Positions 1-9,363 of a DNA stretch of 44,325 bases are shown here, in pieces. A program made the translations under genes and the position numbers. Below the pieces are notes generated by a model. It was not told the DNA's origin, made no database searches, and worked only from the letters and a program-made list of their open reading frames with translations. This DNA comes from Armatimonadota bacterium (lineage in GTDB: Bacteria; Armatimonadota; SYMT01), in assembly GCA_046292385.1 (NCBI GenBank), contig JBKBRF010000052.1:1-44325 (forward strand), read 5' to 3'. Position 1 is the stretch's first letter; the number at the start of each line of letters is the position of its first letter.

Positions 1-19
1 GCGCATCCCCGGCCTCCTT
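1..19 (-). other. Probable RBS and start codon of a gene running off the left edge
   Basis: Minus strand reads AAGGAGG (13-19), 6-nt spacer, ATG CGC (6-1). Confidence 0.5.
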
Positions 20-288
20 CGCGCAAGCGAGCGATGCGGCAAAACCTTCCTGCGCCACCAGCGGCGTAACTTTACAGCGTGTGACACTTGCCACCGCTTC
101 CCCGCCAGGGGAATCTCGCCGGAGTGCTCGGCTGCCGGGAATCCTCCTGCCCTGCTGATTTCGCCAACAGTATCCGCAAGCGCGTCACTCCGGCAGTCGT
201 GTGAGGCTGTCCGCGCCTGGCGAGGGCACGCCGATCAAGCGTGGGTCGCCAGCGAGTAGGAGCAACAGCAGGAGCAGGACCTGCCGTG

Positions 289-1173
289 TTAGACGCGGGC
301 GAGGTGGCCGGGGGCGATCTCGACGAGCGGCAACGCCGCGCCGGTTTCCTGCTCCTCCGCTTCCGGCTCCGGGCGCGGGTGGTCGCGCTGGTGCGGATCG
401 GGGATCGGGATGGAGGCGAGGAGCCGCCGGGTGTAGGGGTGCGTGGGGCTGCGGAAGAGCGCTTCGGTGTCCGCGATCTCCACGATTCGCCCGCGGCTCA
501 TCACGGCGACCCGGTGGCAGACGTGGCGGACCAGGGTGAGGTCGTGGGCGATGAAGAGGTAGGCGAGACCGAGCTGGCGCTGGAGGTCCGCCATCAGGTT
601 GATCACCTGGGCGCGGATCGAGAGGTCGAGCGCGGAGACCGGCTCGTCGGCGATCACCAGCCGCGGCGAGAGCGCCAGGGCCCGGGCGATGCCGACCCGC
701 TGGCGCTGGCCGCCGCTGAACTCGTGGGGGTACTTCGCCAGCGCGCTCTCCGGCAGGCCGACCATTCCAATCAGCTCGCGGACCCGCGCCTCCCGCTCCG
801 CGCGGCTGCCGACGCGGTGGATCTCCAGCGGCTCCAGCAGGCTGGCGCGGATCGTCATGCGCGGATCGAGCGAGGAATACGGGTCCTGGAAGACCATCTG
901 CATCCGGCGGCGCAGCGGTCGCAGGCGGTTGGGGTTCAGCCGGACCAGCTCCTCGCCTTCGAACCAGACTTCGCCGCCGGTCGGCTCGATCAGGCGCATG
1001 ATGCAGCGGGCGACGGTCGACTTCCCGCAGCCGCTCTCCCCCACCAGTCCGAACGTCTCGCCGGGCAGCACGTGGAAGCTCACGTCGTCGGCCGCAGTGA
1101 CCAGGTGGCCGCGGCCGGCCTGGCTGGCGTAGACCTTGCGGAGGCCCCGTACGTCGAGGAGCGGCTCGCTCAT
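289..1173 (-). CDS. oppF: Oligopeptide/dipeptide ABC transporter ATP-binding protein (OppF/AppF-like)
   Basis: Walker A GESGCGKS, Q-loop FQDPYSSL, signature FSGGQRQR, Walker B IADEPVSALD, C-terminal HPYT motif. Start moved to MSEPLLDV (ATG 1173), overlapping the tyrA stop. Confidence 0.9.
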   Translation of the reverse strand: MSEPLLDVRGLRKVYASQAGRGHLVTAADDVSFHVLPGETFGLVGESGCGKSTVARCIMRLIEPTGGEVWFEGEELVRLNPNRLRPLRRRMQMVFQDPYSSLDPRMTIRASLLEPLEIHRVGSRAEREARVRELIGMVGLPESALAKYPHEFSGGQRQRVGIARALALSPRLVIADEPVSALDLSIRAQVINLMADLQRQLGLAYLFIAHDLTLVRHVCHRVAVMSRGRIVEIADTEALFRSPTHPYTRRLLASIPIPDPHQRDHPRPEPEAEEQETGAALPLVEIAPGHLARV

Positions 1174-2063
1174 GGGGAGCCCTCTTCGTCCCGGCGGGGA
1201 GGGACGAGCGAGTCGCGACCCTGCTTGCCGCGCTCGAACGCCTGGAGCAGCGCGTCGGCGTCGCCCTGGAGCAGCGCCGCGCGGAAGCGGCCCAGGCAGC
1301 TTTCGAAGTCGTCCAGCGCGCTTAGGATCGCGTCCCGGTTGGTGACGCAGATGTCGCGCCACATCTCCGGCGGGCTGGAGGCGATGCGGGTCGTGCTCTT
1401 GAAGCCGCCGGCCACCAGGAGGCGCAGGATCTCCGAGGTGACGCCGTCGGTGCGAGCCGCCTCCGCCAGCGCCGCCGCGACCACGTGCGGAAGGTGGCTG
1501 ATCCGCGCGACCGCCGCGTCGTGGAGCTCCGGGTCCATCTCCACCGGGGTGGCGCCCAGCCGCCGTGCCAGCTCCGCCAGTCGCGCCACGTTCTCCGGAC
1601 GGGTGCTCGGCGCCCGCGTCAGGACCCAGGTGGCGCCCTCGAAGAGGTCCGGCTCGCCCGCGGCGACGCCGCCCTGCTCCGAGCCGGCCATCGGGTGGCC
1701 TCCCACGAAATCGGCGTGCTCCGGCAGCAGCGACGGCAGGCAGCGCGTGAGCTCCGCCTTGGTGCTGCCGACGTCGGTCACCACCGCCCCCGGGCGCAGA
1801 TACGGCGCCAGGTCCCGGACGAGCGGCGGGATCGTGAGCACCGGGGGCGCCAGCACCACCAGCTCCGCGTCCGCGACTCCGCTCAGCTCGAGCGTCCCGG
1901 CGTCGATGGCGCCGAGGGCGAGCGCCTCGTCGATCGTCGCCTGCCGGCGGGGAATGCCGAGCACTCGCCGCGCCAGGCCGCGCGCCCGCAGCGCCATCCC
2001 GAGGGAGCCGCCGATCAGCCCGATCCCCACAATGGCGACGGTGCCGAACACCGGATCAGCCAA
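1170..2063 (-). CDS. tyrA: Prephenate/arogenate dehydrogenase
   Basis: Rossmann GIGLIGGS, TDVGSTK, GGHPMAGSE, HD...SHLPH, TRIASSPPEMWRDI. Confidence 0.93.
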   Translation of the reverse strand: MADPVFGTVAIVGIGLIGGSLGMALRARGLARRVLGIPRRQATIDEALALGAIDAGTLELSGVADAELVVLAPPVLTIPPLVRDLAPYLRPGAVVTDVGSTKAELTRCLPSLLPEHADFVGGHPMAGSEQGGVAAGEPDLFEGATWVLTRAPSTRPENVARLAELARRLGATPVEMDPELHDAAVARISHLPHVVAAALAEAARTDGVTSEILRLLVAGGFKSTTRIASSPPEMWRDICVTNRDAILSALDDFESCLGRFRAALLQGDADALLQAFERGKQGRDSLVPPRRDEEGSP

Positions 2064-3174
2064 CGCCTGCCGGCGCCGGGGAAGCGGCGAGCACCGCCTC
2101 CAGCTCTGCGATGAAGCGGGCGTTCTCCTGCGGCAGACCCACGCTCACCCGCAGGTGCTGCGGCATGCCGTACAGGTCCATGGTGCGGATGATCACGCCC
2201 CGCCGCAGCAGCGCCTCGAACACCTGCTTGCCGGGCCGGCCGACGTCGACCAGCACGAAGTTGGCCTGCGACGGCACGTAATCGAGCCCCAGGCGCCGGA
2301 ACTCTCCGTAGAGGTATTCCCGGCCTTCCGCGTTGAGCCGGCAGCTCCGGCTCACCTGCTCCGGATCGTGCAGGCTGGCGATCGCCGCGACCTGCGCGAG
2401 CGAGTTGACGTTGAACGGCTCCCGCACCTGGTGCAGCGCGCGGATGATCTCCGGGCGGGCGATGCCGTAGCCGACCCGCAGGCCCGCCAGGCCGTAGATC
2501 TTGGAGAAGGTGCGCAGCACCACCACGTTGCGCCCCTCGCGCACGTACTCCAGGCTGTCCGGGTAGGACCGGTCGTTCACGTACTCGTAGTACGCTTCGT
2601 CCAGCACCACGATCGTCTCTTCCGGGCAGCCGTTCAGGAGGCGCTCCACCTCCGCGCGGCCGACCATCGTGCCGGTCGGGTTGTTGGGGTTCGCGATGAA
2701 GATCATCCGCGCGCCCCGCGCCGCTTCGGCGAGGATGGCGTCGACGTCGAACGCGTGCTCCCGGAGCGGCGTCACCACGAACTCCGCCTGGTTCAGGAGC
2801 GCGGCCGATTCATAGCGGACGAACGAGGGGTCGCCGGTGATCATCCGCTCGCCCGGCTGGAGGTAGGCGAGGCCGAGGTAGTGGATGATCTCGTCCGAGC
2901 CGTTGCCGACGACGATCTGCTCCGGAGAGACCCGCCAGTGCTCCGCCAGGGCGTTGGTCAGGGCGAAGCAGCCGCCGTCCGGATACTGCGCGATGCCGGG
3001 GAGCGCGGTGCGCACCGCCTCCAGCGCGCGCGGCGAGGGGCCGAGCGGGTTCTCGTTGCTCGCCAGCTTCACCACGTCGGTGAGGCCGTACTCCCGCTCT
3101 ACCTCCTCGATCGGCTTGCCGGCGACGTACGGGCGGAGCTTTTCGACGTGGGACGGGACTGCGGGTGGCTGCAC
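2056..3174 (-). CDS. hisC: Histidinol-phosphate aminotransferase (PLP-dependent)
   Basis: KLASNENPLG, GNGSDE, NPNNPTG, DEAYYEY, RTFSKIYGLAGLRVGY (PLP lysine). Confidence 0.95.
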   Translation of the reverse strand: MQPPAVPSHVEKLRPYVAGKPIEEVEREYGLTDVVKLASNENPLGPSPRALEAVRTALPGIAQYPDGGCFALTNALAEHWRVSPEQIVVGNGSDEIIHYLGLAYLQPGERMITGDPSFVRYESAALLNQAEFVVTPLREHAFDVDAILAEAARGARMIFIANPNNPTGTMVGRAEVERLLNGCPEETIVVLDEAYYEYVNDRSYPDSLEYVREGRNVVVLRTFSKIYGLAGLRVGYGIARPEIIRALHQVREPFNVNSLAQVAAIASLHDPEQVSRSCRLNAEGREYLYGEFRRLGLDYVPSQANFVLVDVGRPGKQVFEALLRRGVIIRTMDLYGMPQHLRVSVGLPQENARFIAELEAVLAASPAPAGVG

Positions 3175-3262
3175 GGGCGTCTCCAGAGGGCACAGACGAG
3201 GGGCTAATCGACGCGCTATCTTAACTCAGGCGAGCCCGTGCCGTGGAGGCGGCCGGTGGGGA

Positions 3263-3643
3263 TCAGTCGGTCGCCGCCGGCTGCTCCGTGAACCGCTTCA
3301 CCAGGCGGAGGAGGTCGTCTACCTCGAACGGCTTCACCACGTAGCCGTCGGCGCCGTTCATCGTCGCGAGCGAGATCTGGGGAAGCCCGTCCAGCGCGGT
3401 CAGCATGATCACCGGGATGCCGCTGGTCGCCTGCGAAGCCTTGAGCATCCGCAGCGTGTCCATCCCGTCGACGTCCGGCATCATCCAGTCGAGCAGCACC
3501 AGGTGCGGCTGCTCCTTGCGGGCCAGGTTCACCCCGCCGGGCCCGGAGTCGGCCTCCACCACGTCGTATCCTTCGGTGGAGAGCACCATCCGGCACATCT
3601 CCCGCACGCCCTCGTCGTCGTCCACGATCAGGATCTTGCTCAC
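3263..3643 (-). CDS. Single-domain response regulator (receiver only)
   Basis: ILIVDDD, LLDWMMP (phospho-Asp), MLTA, KPF; 126 aa with no output domain. Confidence 0.92.
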   Translation of the reverse strand: MSKILIVDDDEGVREMCRMVLSTEGYDVVEADSGPGGVNLARKEQPHLVLLDWMMPDVDGMDTLRMLKASQATSGIPVIMLTALDGLPQISLATMNGADGYVVKPFEVDDLLRLVKRFTEQPAATD

Positions 3644-4029
3644 TACCGCTCCCCTTGCTTACGCTCCAGCGTCTCTTCGATCGTGTGGATCAGGTCCGCG
3701 GGCTCGAACGGCTTGGTCAGGTAGCCGTCCACGCCCATCTCCACCGCCCGCTCTACGTCGGTCCGCTGCGCCAGGGCGGTGAGCATCACCACCGGGATGC
3801 GCCCCCAGCGGGGATCCCGGTGGAGCTGCTCGAAGACCTGCCAGCCGTTGAGGCCGGGCATCATCACGTCGAGGAGAATCAGCTCCGGGACGTGACCCGC
3901 GTCCAGCAGCCGGAAGGCGGAGGGACCATCCTCCGCCTCCAACACGTCGTAACCTTCGGTGCGAAGCATCAAGCCGATGAACAGGCGGTTCTCCGGCTCA
4001 TCCTCCACCACCATCACTTTACAGGGCAT
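3643..4029 (-). CDS. Single-domain response regulator (receiver only)
   Basis: VMVVEDE, LLDVMMP, MLTA, KPF; 128 aa. Confidence 0.92.
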   Translation of the reverse strand: MPCKVMVVEDEPENRLFIGLMLRTEGYDVLEAEDGPSAFRLLDAGHVPELILLDVMMPGLNGWQVFEQLHRDPRWGRIPVVMLTALAQRTDVERAVEMGVDGYLTKPFEPADLIHTIEETLERKQGER

Positions 4030-4069
4030 GCGCGTTCCGTTCGGAGCCTACCGGGTAGGCTTTTCTGCG

Positions 4070-7000
4070 CTATTCGGCCGCCGGGAGCGTGAAGGAGACG
4101 GCGGTCCCCTTTCCTACTTCGCTCTCGATCCAGATGCTGCCGCCGTGCGCTTCGATAATATTCTTGACGATGGCCAGTCCCAGCCCGGTCCCGCCGGTCT
4201 TGCGAGTGACCACTTTCTCCACCTGATAGAATCGGTCGAAGACGCGGTCGACTTCATCCGCCGGGATTCCGCATCCCGTGTCTCGCACGGTGCAGACCAC
4301 CTTGCCGTTGTCTCGGAAGAGCCGCACGTCGATCCGGCCGTCGTTCTCGGTGAACTTGAGGGCGTTCCCCACCAGGTTGGTGAACACCTGCGCGATCCGC
4401 TGCTCGTCGGCCATGGCGACCACCGGCAGCGAGCTGTCCGGCACGTCGGTGCCGACGCGGACGCCCTTCTCCGAAGCCTGGGGCCGGAGATCCTCCAGCA
4501 CCCGCTCCGCGACCTGGCGCACGGAGACCGGCGACTGCTTCATCTCGATCTTGCCGCTCTCGATGCGGGAGATATCCAGGAAGTCCGAGATGATGGCGGA
4601 GAGCCGCTTCGCCTGGCGGTGGATCGATTCCAGGGCGGTCTTCTGGGTGTCCGCCACCTGTCCCAGCCGGCCCGTCAGCATGTAGCTGGAGAAGCCGAGG
4701 ATGGAGGTGAGCGGCGTCCGCAGCTCGTGCGAGACGAGGGAGATGAAGTCGCTCTTCATCTCGTCGATCACGCGCTCGCGGGTGATGTCGTGCAGGTGGA
4801 GCAGCCGGCCCAGCGGCTTGCCGCTGGACGCGATCAGGTCGACCTGCCGCAGCTGCAGCACCTGCCGCTCCGGCTCCGTCAGCTCGTACTCGTGGACGCC
4901 CGGCCCCTTCTCGCAGGTGGCGAGGCAGTCCTGGAGCGCCCGGGAGACTTCGCCGGGCAGCGCGGCGACCGCGAACGGCGCCTCCGGCAGCGGCAGCTTC
5001 AGCGGGTTGAGGTACTTGCGCGCGGCGGCGTTCAGGAAGGCGACCTGGCCGTTCGGCTCGAGCATCAGGAGGCCGTCCGGGCTCGATTCCACGATCGCCT
5101 GGATGCGCAGCTTTTCCTCGGCGAGCGTGTCGTGGCTCTCCTGCAGCTCCGCGCGGCCGATCTGGATCGCCGCGGCCATGTCGTTGAACGCCACGGCGAG
5201 GCGCGCCAGCTCGTCGTCGCCGGAGGCGCGGATGCGCAGGCTGTAGTCGCCCGCCGCCAGCGCCTGGGTCCCCTTCACGAGCTGGTTGATCGGCCGGACC
5301 AGCGACTTCGCGGTCAGCATCGCCAGGAAGAGCGCCAGTACCAGGAAGAGCGGGATCAGCCACGCGGAGTTGAGCAGCATCTTCCCCGCCGCGCGCGTCG
5401 CCACGGCGTTCGACTGCTTCTGAATATTGTCGCCGGCTCTGTTCGCGGTGGTGTTCGCGGCGGCATTTACGCTGTCGATGGTGTCTCCCATCATCGTGCG
5501 GATGCGCTCTTCCATCTCGACGCTGGCCTTGCCCTGCTGCGTGCCCACCTCCTGCGCCAGCTTGGCCCCCAGCGCCTGGAGAAGCTCCTTCTGATGCCGC
5601 TGGAACTCGTTCTTGACCCCTCCCACCTCAGCTTCTTCCACCAGGCGCAGGCGGTCGAGAGCCTGCTTCAGGATGTCGGCCTGGGCCTCCTCGGCGCGGG
5701 TGGTGCGCTGCTTGATAAAGCTCGTGTCGATCGTCTTCTCGACGTTTCCGAGGGAGGTGAGCCACGCGCCGGTCACCGCGGCGTTCAGCGCATCCGCGGG
5801 CTGGTAGACCTCTGCCTTCTCCTGGGCAACGACGACCCACGCGTCGTTTTCCTTCCAGTACCAGGCGCGCGCGAAGTGCTCGGTGGGATCCGCGCCGAGA
5901 GTGAAGCGGTAAGGGGACATCCGATATCGATCCGGCTCATTGCTGCGCTCCACGTCCGCTTCGTTGTGAGCCGGCAGCTCCGCGAGCAGCGACCTACCCA
6001 ATGCGGGAGGCTGGGTGGGGAACGAGCTGATCAGCTCTCCGGTGCTCGCCCTCACCACGACGATCATCATTCCCTTCGGGAGCGTGTCCCGCGTGGCTAT
6101 CTTCGCCAGGCCGTCTACCGGGTAATCCACCAGCACGAACGCCGTGTCCGGCTTGCCCTTCGGCATTTTCATCGAGTCCGAGGCGTCCGCAGACGGCTCT
6201 CCGATCGCGACCTGATGCACCACCCGCCGTATCCAGTGCTTACTCGTCTCGTCGTACCGGATCGGCTCCACCACGTACGGATCCGGAACGGCCAGGAACT
6301 GCTGCCGGGTTGAGGACTTCTCCCAATCTTCCTCGGCGGCGTGGGGGTTTCCGGGTTCATGGCGAAGGATCTCGGTTCCGGACGAATTCACCAGAATCGC
6401 GCGGACGATGCGCGGCTGAAAGCCCGCCAGGTGGTTGTTGAGCACGCGGGCGGCGAACGTCGTATCGGTATCCGGGTTGATGATCGCGTTGTGCCGGATC
6501 GGGAGCTGCAGTCGCAGCACGATCTCGTTCCGCAGCAGTACGTCCTGGTCCGGCACGGCAGACCAGCGTCGACTTGCGGAGACGTCCCACAGCGTCAGGA
6601 GCGAGCGCCGGATCTCGTCCAGCACTCCTTTGGACGACGAATTGATCTCAGCGCCCATTTTCTCGGCAAAGGTAGTCCGAAGGTCGGTGAGCGCCTGTTT
6701 CGTACCCTCCCGGACCCTCTCGTGGGAGTTCCGCACGGTCTCCCGACTCACCTGACCTACCTTCGACGCCGCGTTCTTGACCGCGTCCTGCCCGCGCTCC
6801 GACATCTGGTTAGCACTGCTCGCGAGCGCTCCCTTGCCCACCTCGACGGCCTGATCCGAGGTGTTCTTGAGGTGAGTCTTGCCCTGCTCTACGACATCCT
6901 TCTCGATATCGGTGAGCTTGGTGGTGGCGAGCTTCTCGAAGTCGGCGGCGGTGGTGCGAACGGCTTCTCGGCCGATGTCGGCGACGTCACCGCCGCTCTC

Positions 7001-7129
7001 GTAGACCGTCTGCCACCCCGCGAGACTGAGGACGATACCGCTGATGATGAGCGGCACCGTAACCAGGAGGCCGAAGAGCAGGCTCATCCTGGCAAAGAGC
7101 GAGGTTCGTGTTATCCACCCGCGCTTCAT
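4070..7129 (-). CDS. Membrane sensor histidine kinase (2 TM, large extracytoplasmic region, HAMP, PAS, HisKA, HATPase)
   Basis: H-box SHELRTPLT, N-box NLVGNALKF, DTGCGI, FDRFYQ, GTGLGL; HAMP (RPINQL...DDELARLAVAFNDM); PAS (IVESSPDGLLML...FLNAAA). Start MKRGW (7129) chosen for an upstream GGAGG. Confidence 0.92.
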   Translation of the reverse strand: MKRGWITRTSLFARMSLLFGLLVTVPLIISGIVLSLAGWQTVYESGGDVADIGREAVRTTAADFEKLATTKLTDIEKDVVEQGKTHLKNTSDQAVEVGKGALASSANQMSERGQDAVKNAASKVGQVSRETVRNSHERVREGTKQALTDLRTTFAEKMGAEINSSSKGVLDEIRRSLLTLWDVSASRRWSAVPDQDVLLRNEIVLRLQLPIRHNAIINPDTDTTFAARVLNNHLAGFQPRIVRAILVNSSGTEILRHEPGNPHAAEEDWEKSSTRQQFLAVPDPYVVEPIRYDETSKHWIRRVVHQVAIGEPSADASDSMKMPKGKPDTAFVLVDYPVDGLAKIATRDTLPKGMMIVVVRASTGELISSFPTQPPALGRSLLAELPAHNEADVERSNEPDRYRMSPYRFTLGADPTEHFARAWYWKENDAWVVVAQEKAEVYQPADALNAAVTGAWLTSLGNVEKTIDTSFIKQRTTRAEEAQADILKQALDRLRLVEEAEVGGVKNEFQRHQKELLQALGAKLAQEVGTQQGKASVEMEERIRTMMGDTIDSVNAAANTTANRAGDNIQKQSNAVATRAAGKMLLNSAWLIPLFLVLALFLAMLTAKSLVRPINQLVKGTQALAAGDYSLRIRASGDDELARLAVAFNDMAAAIQIGRAELQESHDTLAEEKLRIQAIVESSPDGLLMLEPNGQVAFLNAAARKYLNPLKLPLPEAPFAVAALPGEVSRALQDCLATCEKGPGVHEYELTEPERQVLQLRQVDLIASSGKPLGRLLHLHDITRERVIDEMKSDFISLVSHELRTPLTSILGFSSYMLTGRLGQVADTQKTALESIHRQAKRLSAIISDFLDISRIESGKIEMKQSPVSVRQVAERVLEDLRPQASEKGVRVGTDVPDSSLPVVAMADEQRIAQVFTNLVGNALKFTENDGRIDVRLFRDNGKVVCTVRDTGCGIPADEVDRVFDRFYQVEKVVTRKTGGTGLGLAIVKNIIEAHGGSIWIESEVGKGTAVSFTLPAAE

Positions 7130-7205
7130 CCTGCGCCTCCATCGAGCACGCCCCAGCGAGTACGCGGCTCGGTCCCCGTCCCGCACCGGGTCAGGGCTCA
7201 GGTGT

Positions 7206-8183
7206 TTAGTCCTTCGCGGCGCGGCCGAGGTTGCGGATCTCCAGCTTGAAGGGGCTTACGACCATGCGCGGCGGACGCCGGGTTTCCGTGATCTCCGCGA
7301 CCACGTGGTACTCGCCGTCCGCTACGTTTGACGTGCTCCACCGGAATTTGTTCGCTTTGTTGGGATTAGAGCTGATCCAGCGCGAGTCCCACGGGTCCAC
7401 GTAGACCTCTGCAAAGTCCGCCTTGGGATACAGCGCGATCGCTCCGGGCCCCAGAAGCTTTCCGTCCTGCGGCCGCTCCCACACCGGCGGGAAGCAGGCC
7501 AGTACCCGTCGCTCCTCATCGAGGATGCGGGCGCGGATCTCCACGTCCTTCCGCTTCCAGCTCCGCAGGCCAAGCTCGTAGTAGTACCAGCGCTTGCGGC
7601 GGATGTCGGTCAGCCGGATCTCCTTCAGCACCCGGCCGCCGCTCATCAGCTTGGCGCTGTTGCCGTCCTGCCGGATGAAGTAGCCGTTCAGATTCGGCTG
7701 GACGCGCATACCGATGGCGAACTGCGGGCTGACCGTCGTCGGCCGCACCATCACCGACAGCACGGAGTTCTGGTCCAGCTCCACCTGGGAGACCACCGGA
7801 CCCGCGTCCTTCTGGCTGGAGCGCAGGAAGTAGCGGTTCTCCGCCTCCTCGAAGTCGGCGTTCCAGTCGAAGCCGAACGGCGGGATGCGGTCCCACTCGA
7901 TGCCGAGCCCGCGGCTAAAGTCCTCGCGGAACTGGGTGGTGATCCGCTTCAGGCTCCGTGGATCCTCCGGGCGCGGGGTATAGAACCAAGTTACGGCCGC
8001 GCAGTCGGTGGAATCGGTCACCGCGGGGGTGTCGGCGCTCCACTGGAGCTGGACGGACCCCCCGATGATCAAGCGGCTCAGCGGCTCCTGCAGGTCGAAT
8101 CGGCTTACCTGCGAGAATACCGGCACAGCCAGTAGTCCCACGCATGCGGCCGTTGCCATACTCAGCAGTGCGCGCTTTACCAT
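7206..8183 (-). CDS. Secreted hypothetical protein, beta-rich
   Basis: Signal-peptide-like N-terminus (MVKRALLSMATAACVGLLAVPVFS), aromatic/beta-strand-rich body, upstream GGGAG, in line with flanking genes. Confidence 0.75.
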   Translation of the reverse strand: MVKRALLSMATAACVGLLAVPVFSQVSRFDLQEPLSRLIIGGSVQLQWSADTPAVTDSTDCAAVTWFYTPRPEDPRSLKRITTQFREDFSRGLGIEWDRIPPFGFDWNADFEEAENRYFLRSSQKDAGPVVSQVELDQNSVLSVMVRPTTVSPQFAIGMRVQPNLNGYFIRQDGNSAKLMSGGRVLKEIRLTDIRRKRWYYYELGLRSWKRKDVEIRARILDEERRVLACFPPVWERPQDGKLLGPGAIALYPKADFAEVYVDPWDSRWISSNPNKANKFRWSTSNVADGEYHVVAEITETRRPPRMVVSPFKLEIRNLGRAAKD

Positions 8184-8360
8184 CTCCCGCCAACCGTTAG
8201 CAATGTCAGCTACGCGACGGCGCGGACCTGAGGTTCCGCCGGCGCGATGAGTGAACGTGGGAATGGTACGATGTTAGCGCAGCTGGCGGCGCGGCCACGT
8301 TGTTGCCTGCTTGGTTTAATCTTGCGAAACTGAAGCGGTTCGATTCCGCGCCTGTTCCGG

Positions 8361-9056
8361 CTACGCAGGGGCCATCTTGTAGCCGACGCCGTGGACGGTG
8401 AGGATCCGCTTCGGGTCGTCCGCGTCGTCTTCCACCTTCGCGCGCAGGCGCCGGATGTGCGCGTCGATTCCGCGGAGATCGATCGCTTCGTTCTCGCCCC
8501 ACACCAGCCGCAGGATATCCTCGCGAGTCAGCACCTTCCCCGCGCGCTGCGCCAGGCAGTAGAGCAGGTTGAACTCCAGGCGGGTCAGGCTCACCTGTTC
8601 GCCGCGGAGCCAGACCTCGTGACTCGCCGGCTCCAGCCGCAGCTCGCCCACCTGCACCGGCTTGTCGCGCTGCAGGCCGTCCCCGATCATGCTGGCGCGG
8701 CGCAGCTGCGCCCGGATGCGCGCCAGCAGCTCCTCCGGCTCGAACGGCTTCGCCAGGTAGTCGTCCGCCCCCGTGTCGAGACCCGCCACGCGGTCCGTGG
8801 AGGAAGACTTGGCCGTCAGCATGACGATCGGCACCATGCTGAACTCGCGCGCCCGGCGGCAGACCTCGATCCCGTCCATCCCGGGCAGCATCCAGTCCAG
8901 GATCACCAGGTCCGGACCCATCTTGCGCAGGAGCTCCAGACCCAGCGGACCGTTGCCGGCGGAGAGGACGTCGTATCCCTCCGACCGCAGGATCATCGTG
9001 AGCATCTGCTCCGTATCCGGATCGTCTTCAATTACCAGAACGCGCTGTGCTGCCAT
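8361..9056 (-). CDS. OmpR/PhoB-family DNA-binding response regulator
   Basis: Receiver (VIEDD, ILDWMLP, GADDYLAKPF) plus winged-helix output (LTRLEFNLL...IDAHIRRLRAKVE...ILTVHGVGYK). Confidence 0.95.
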   Translation of the reverse strand: MAAQRVLVIEDDPDTEQMLTMILRSEGYDVLSAGNGPLGLELLRKMGPDLVILDWMLPGMDGIEVCRRAREFSMVPIVMLTAKSSSTDRVAGLDTGADDYLAKPFEPEELLARIRAQLRRASMIGDGLQRDKPVQVGELRLEPASHEVWLRGEQVSLTRLEFNLLYCLAQRAGKVLTREDILRLVWGENEAIDLRGIDAHIRRLRAKVEDDADDPKRILTVHGVGYKMAPA

Positions 9057-9253
9057 AGAAGCTATCCCTTCCCCCTCAGTTTACCACTACGGGCAGTTTG
9101 TCACGAAAGCGCTAACAGCGCCGTCACGTCAGCTTAGTATAGGAAGCACGCTTGACGAGTGACGGCAGCCGGCCAATTAACTGGCAACCCTCGCCGGAGT
9201 GAGCTCCGCGCTTGCGAGAAGCCGCGGCAGATTGGGGGGGTAAATGACTCGAC

Positions 9254-9269
9254 TGGCACGCTTCTTGCA
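9254..9269 (+). promoter_or_regulatory. Sigma-54 (-24/-12) promoter
   Basis: TGGCACGCTTCTTGCA matches TGGCACG-N4-TTGCW with exact GG-N10-GC spacing, in an intergenic region. Confidence 0.75.
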
Positions 9270-9279
9270 GCGAAGGCTA

Positions 9280-9339
9280 ACGGCTCATTGACTGTAGTGC
9301 GTTGGCCCGGACCCGACCTCGGGGACGGGCACTTTTTTT
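9280..9339 (+). ncRNA. Candidate sigma-54-dependent small RNA (~60 nt)
   Basis: Bounded by the sigma-54 motif (predicted +1 near 9280) and a hairpin + T7 terminator; no credible ORF inside; both flanking genes are on the opposite strand. Confidence 0.5.
9305..9339 (+). terminator. Intrinsic terminator
   Basis: GCCCG-GA-CCCGA-CC-TCGGG-GA-CGGGC stem-loop followed by AC and TTTTTTT (9333-9339). Confidence 0.7.
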
Positions 9340-9363
9340 GCCCTTTCCCGCGCAGAATCGACA

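Noticed and set aside
1170..3174. hisC-tyrA adjacency as a novelty
   Set aside because: Well-known arrangement, for example in Bacillus subtilis.
241..3207. 988-aa plus-strand ORF, and other long antisense ORFs (3959-6313, 10157-12808, 30877-33351)
   Set aside because: Shadow frames of well-supported opposite-strand genes in high-GC DNA; no motifs.
9057..9363. c-di-GMP or other riboswitch upstream of the OmpR regulator
   Set aside because: No aptamer consensus recognised on the minus strand; a + strand sigma-54 promoter and terminator explain the region better.
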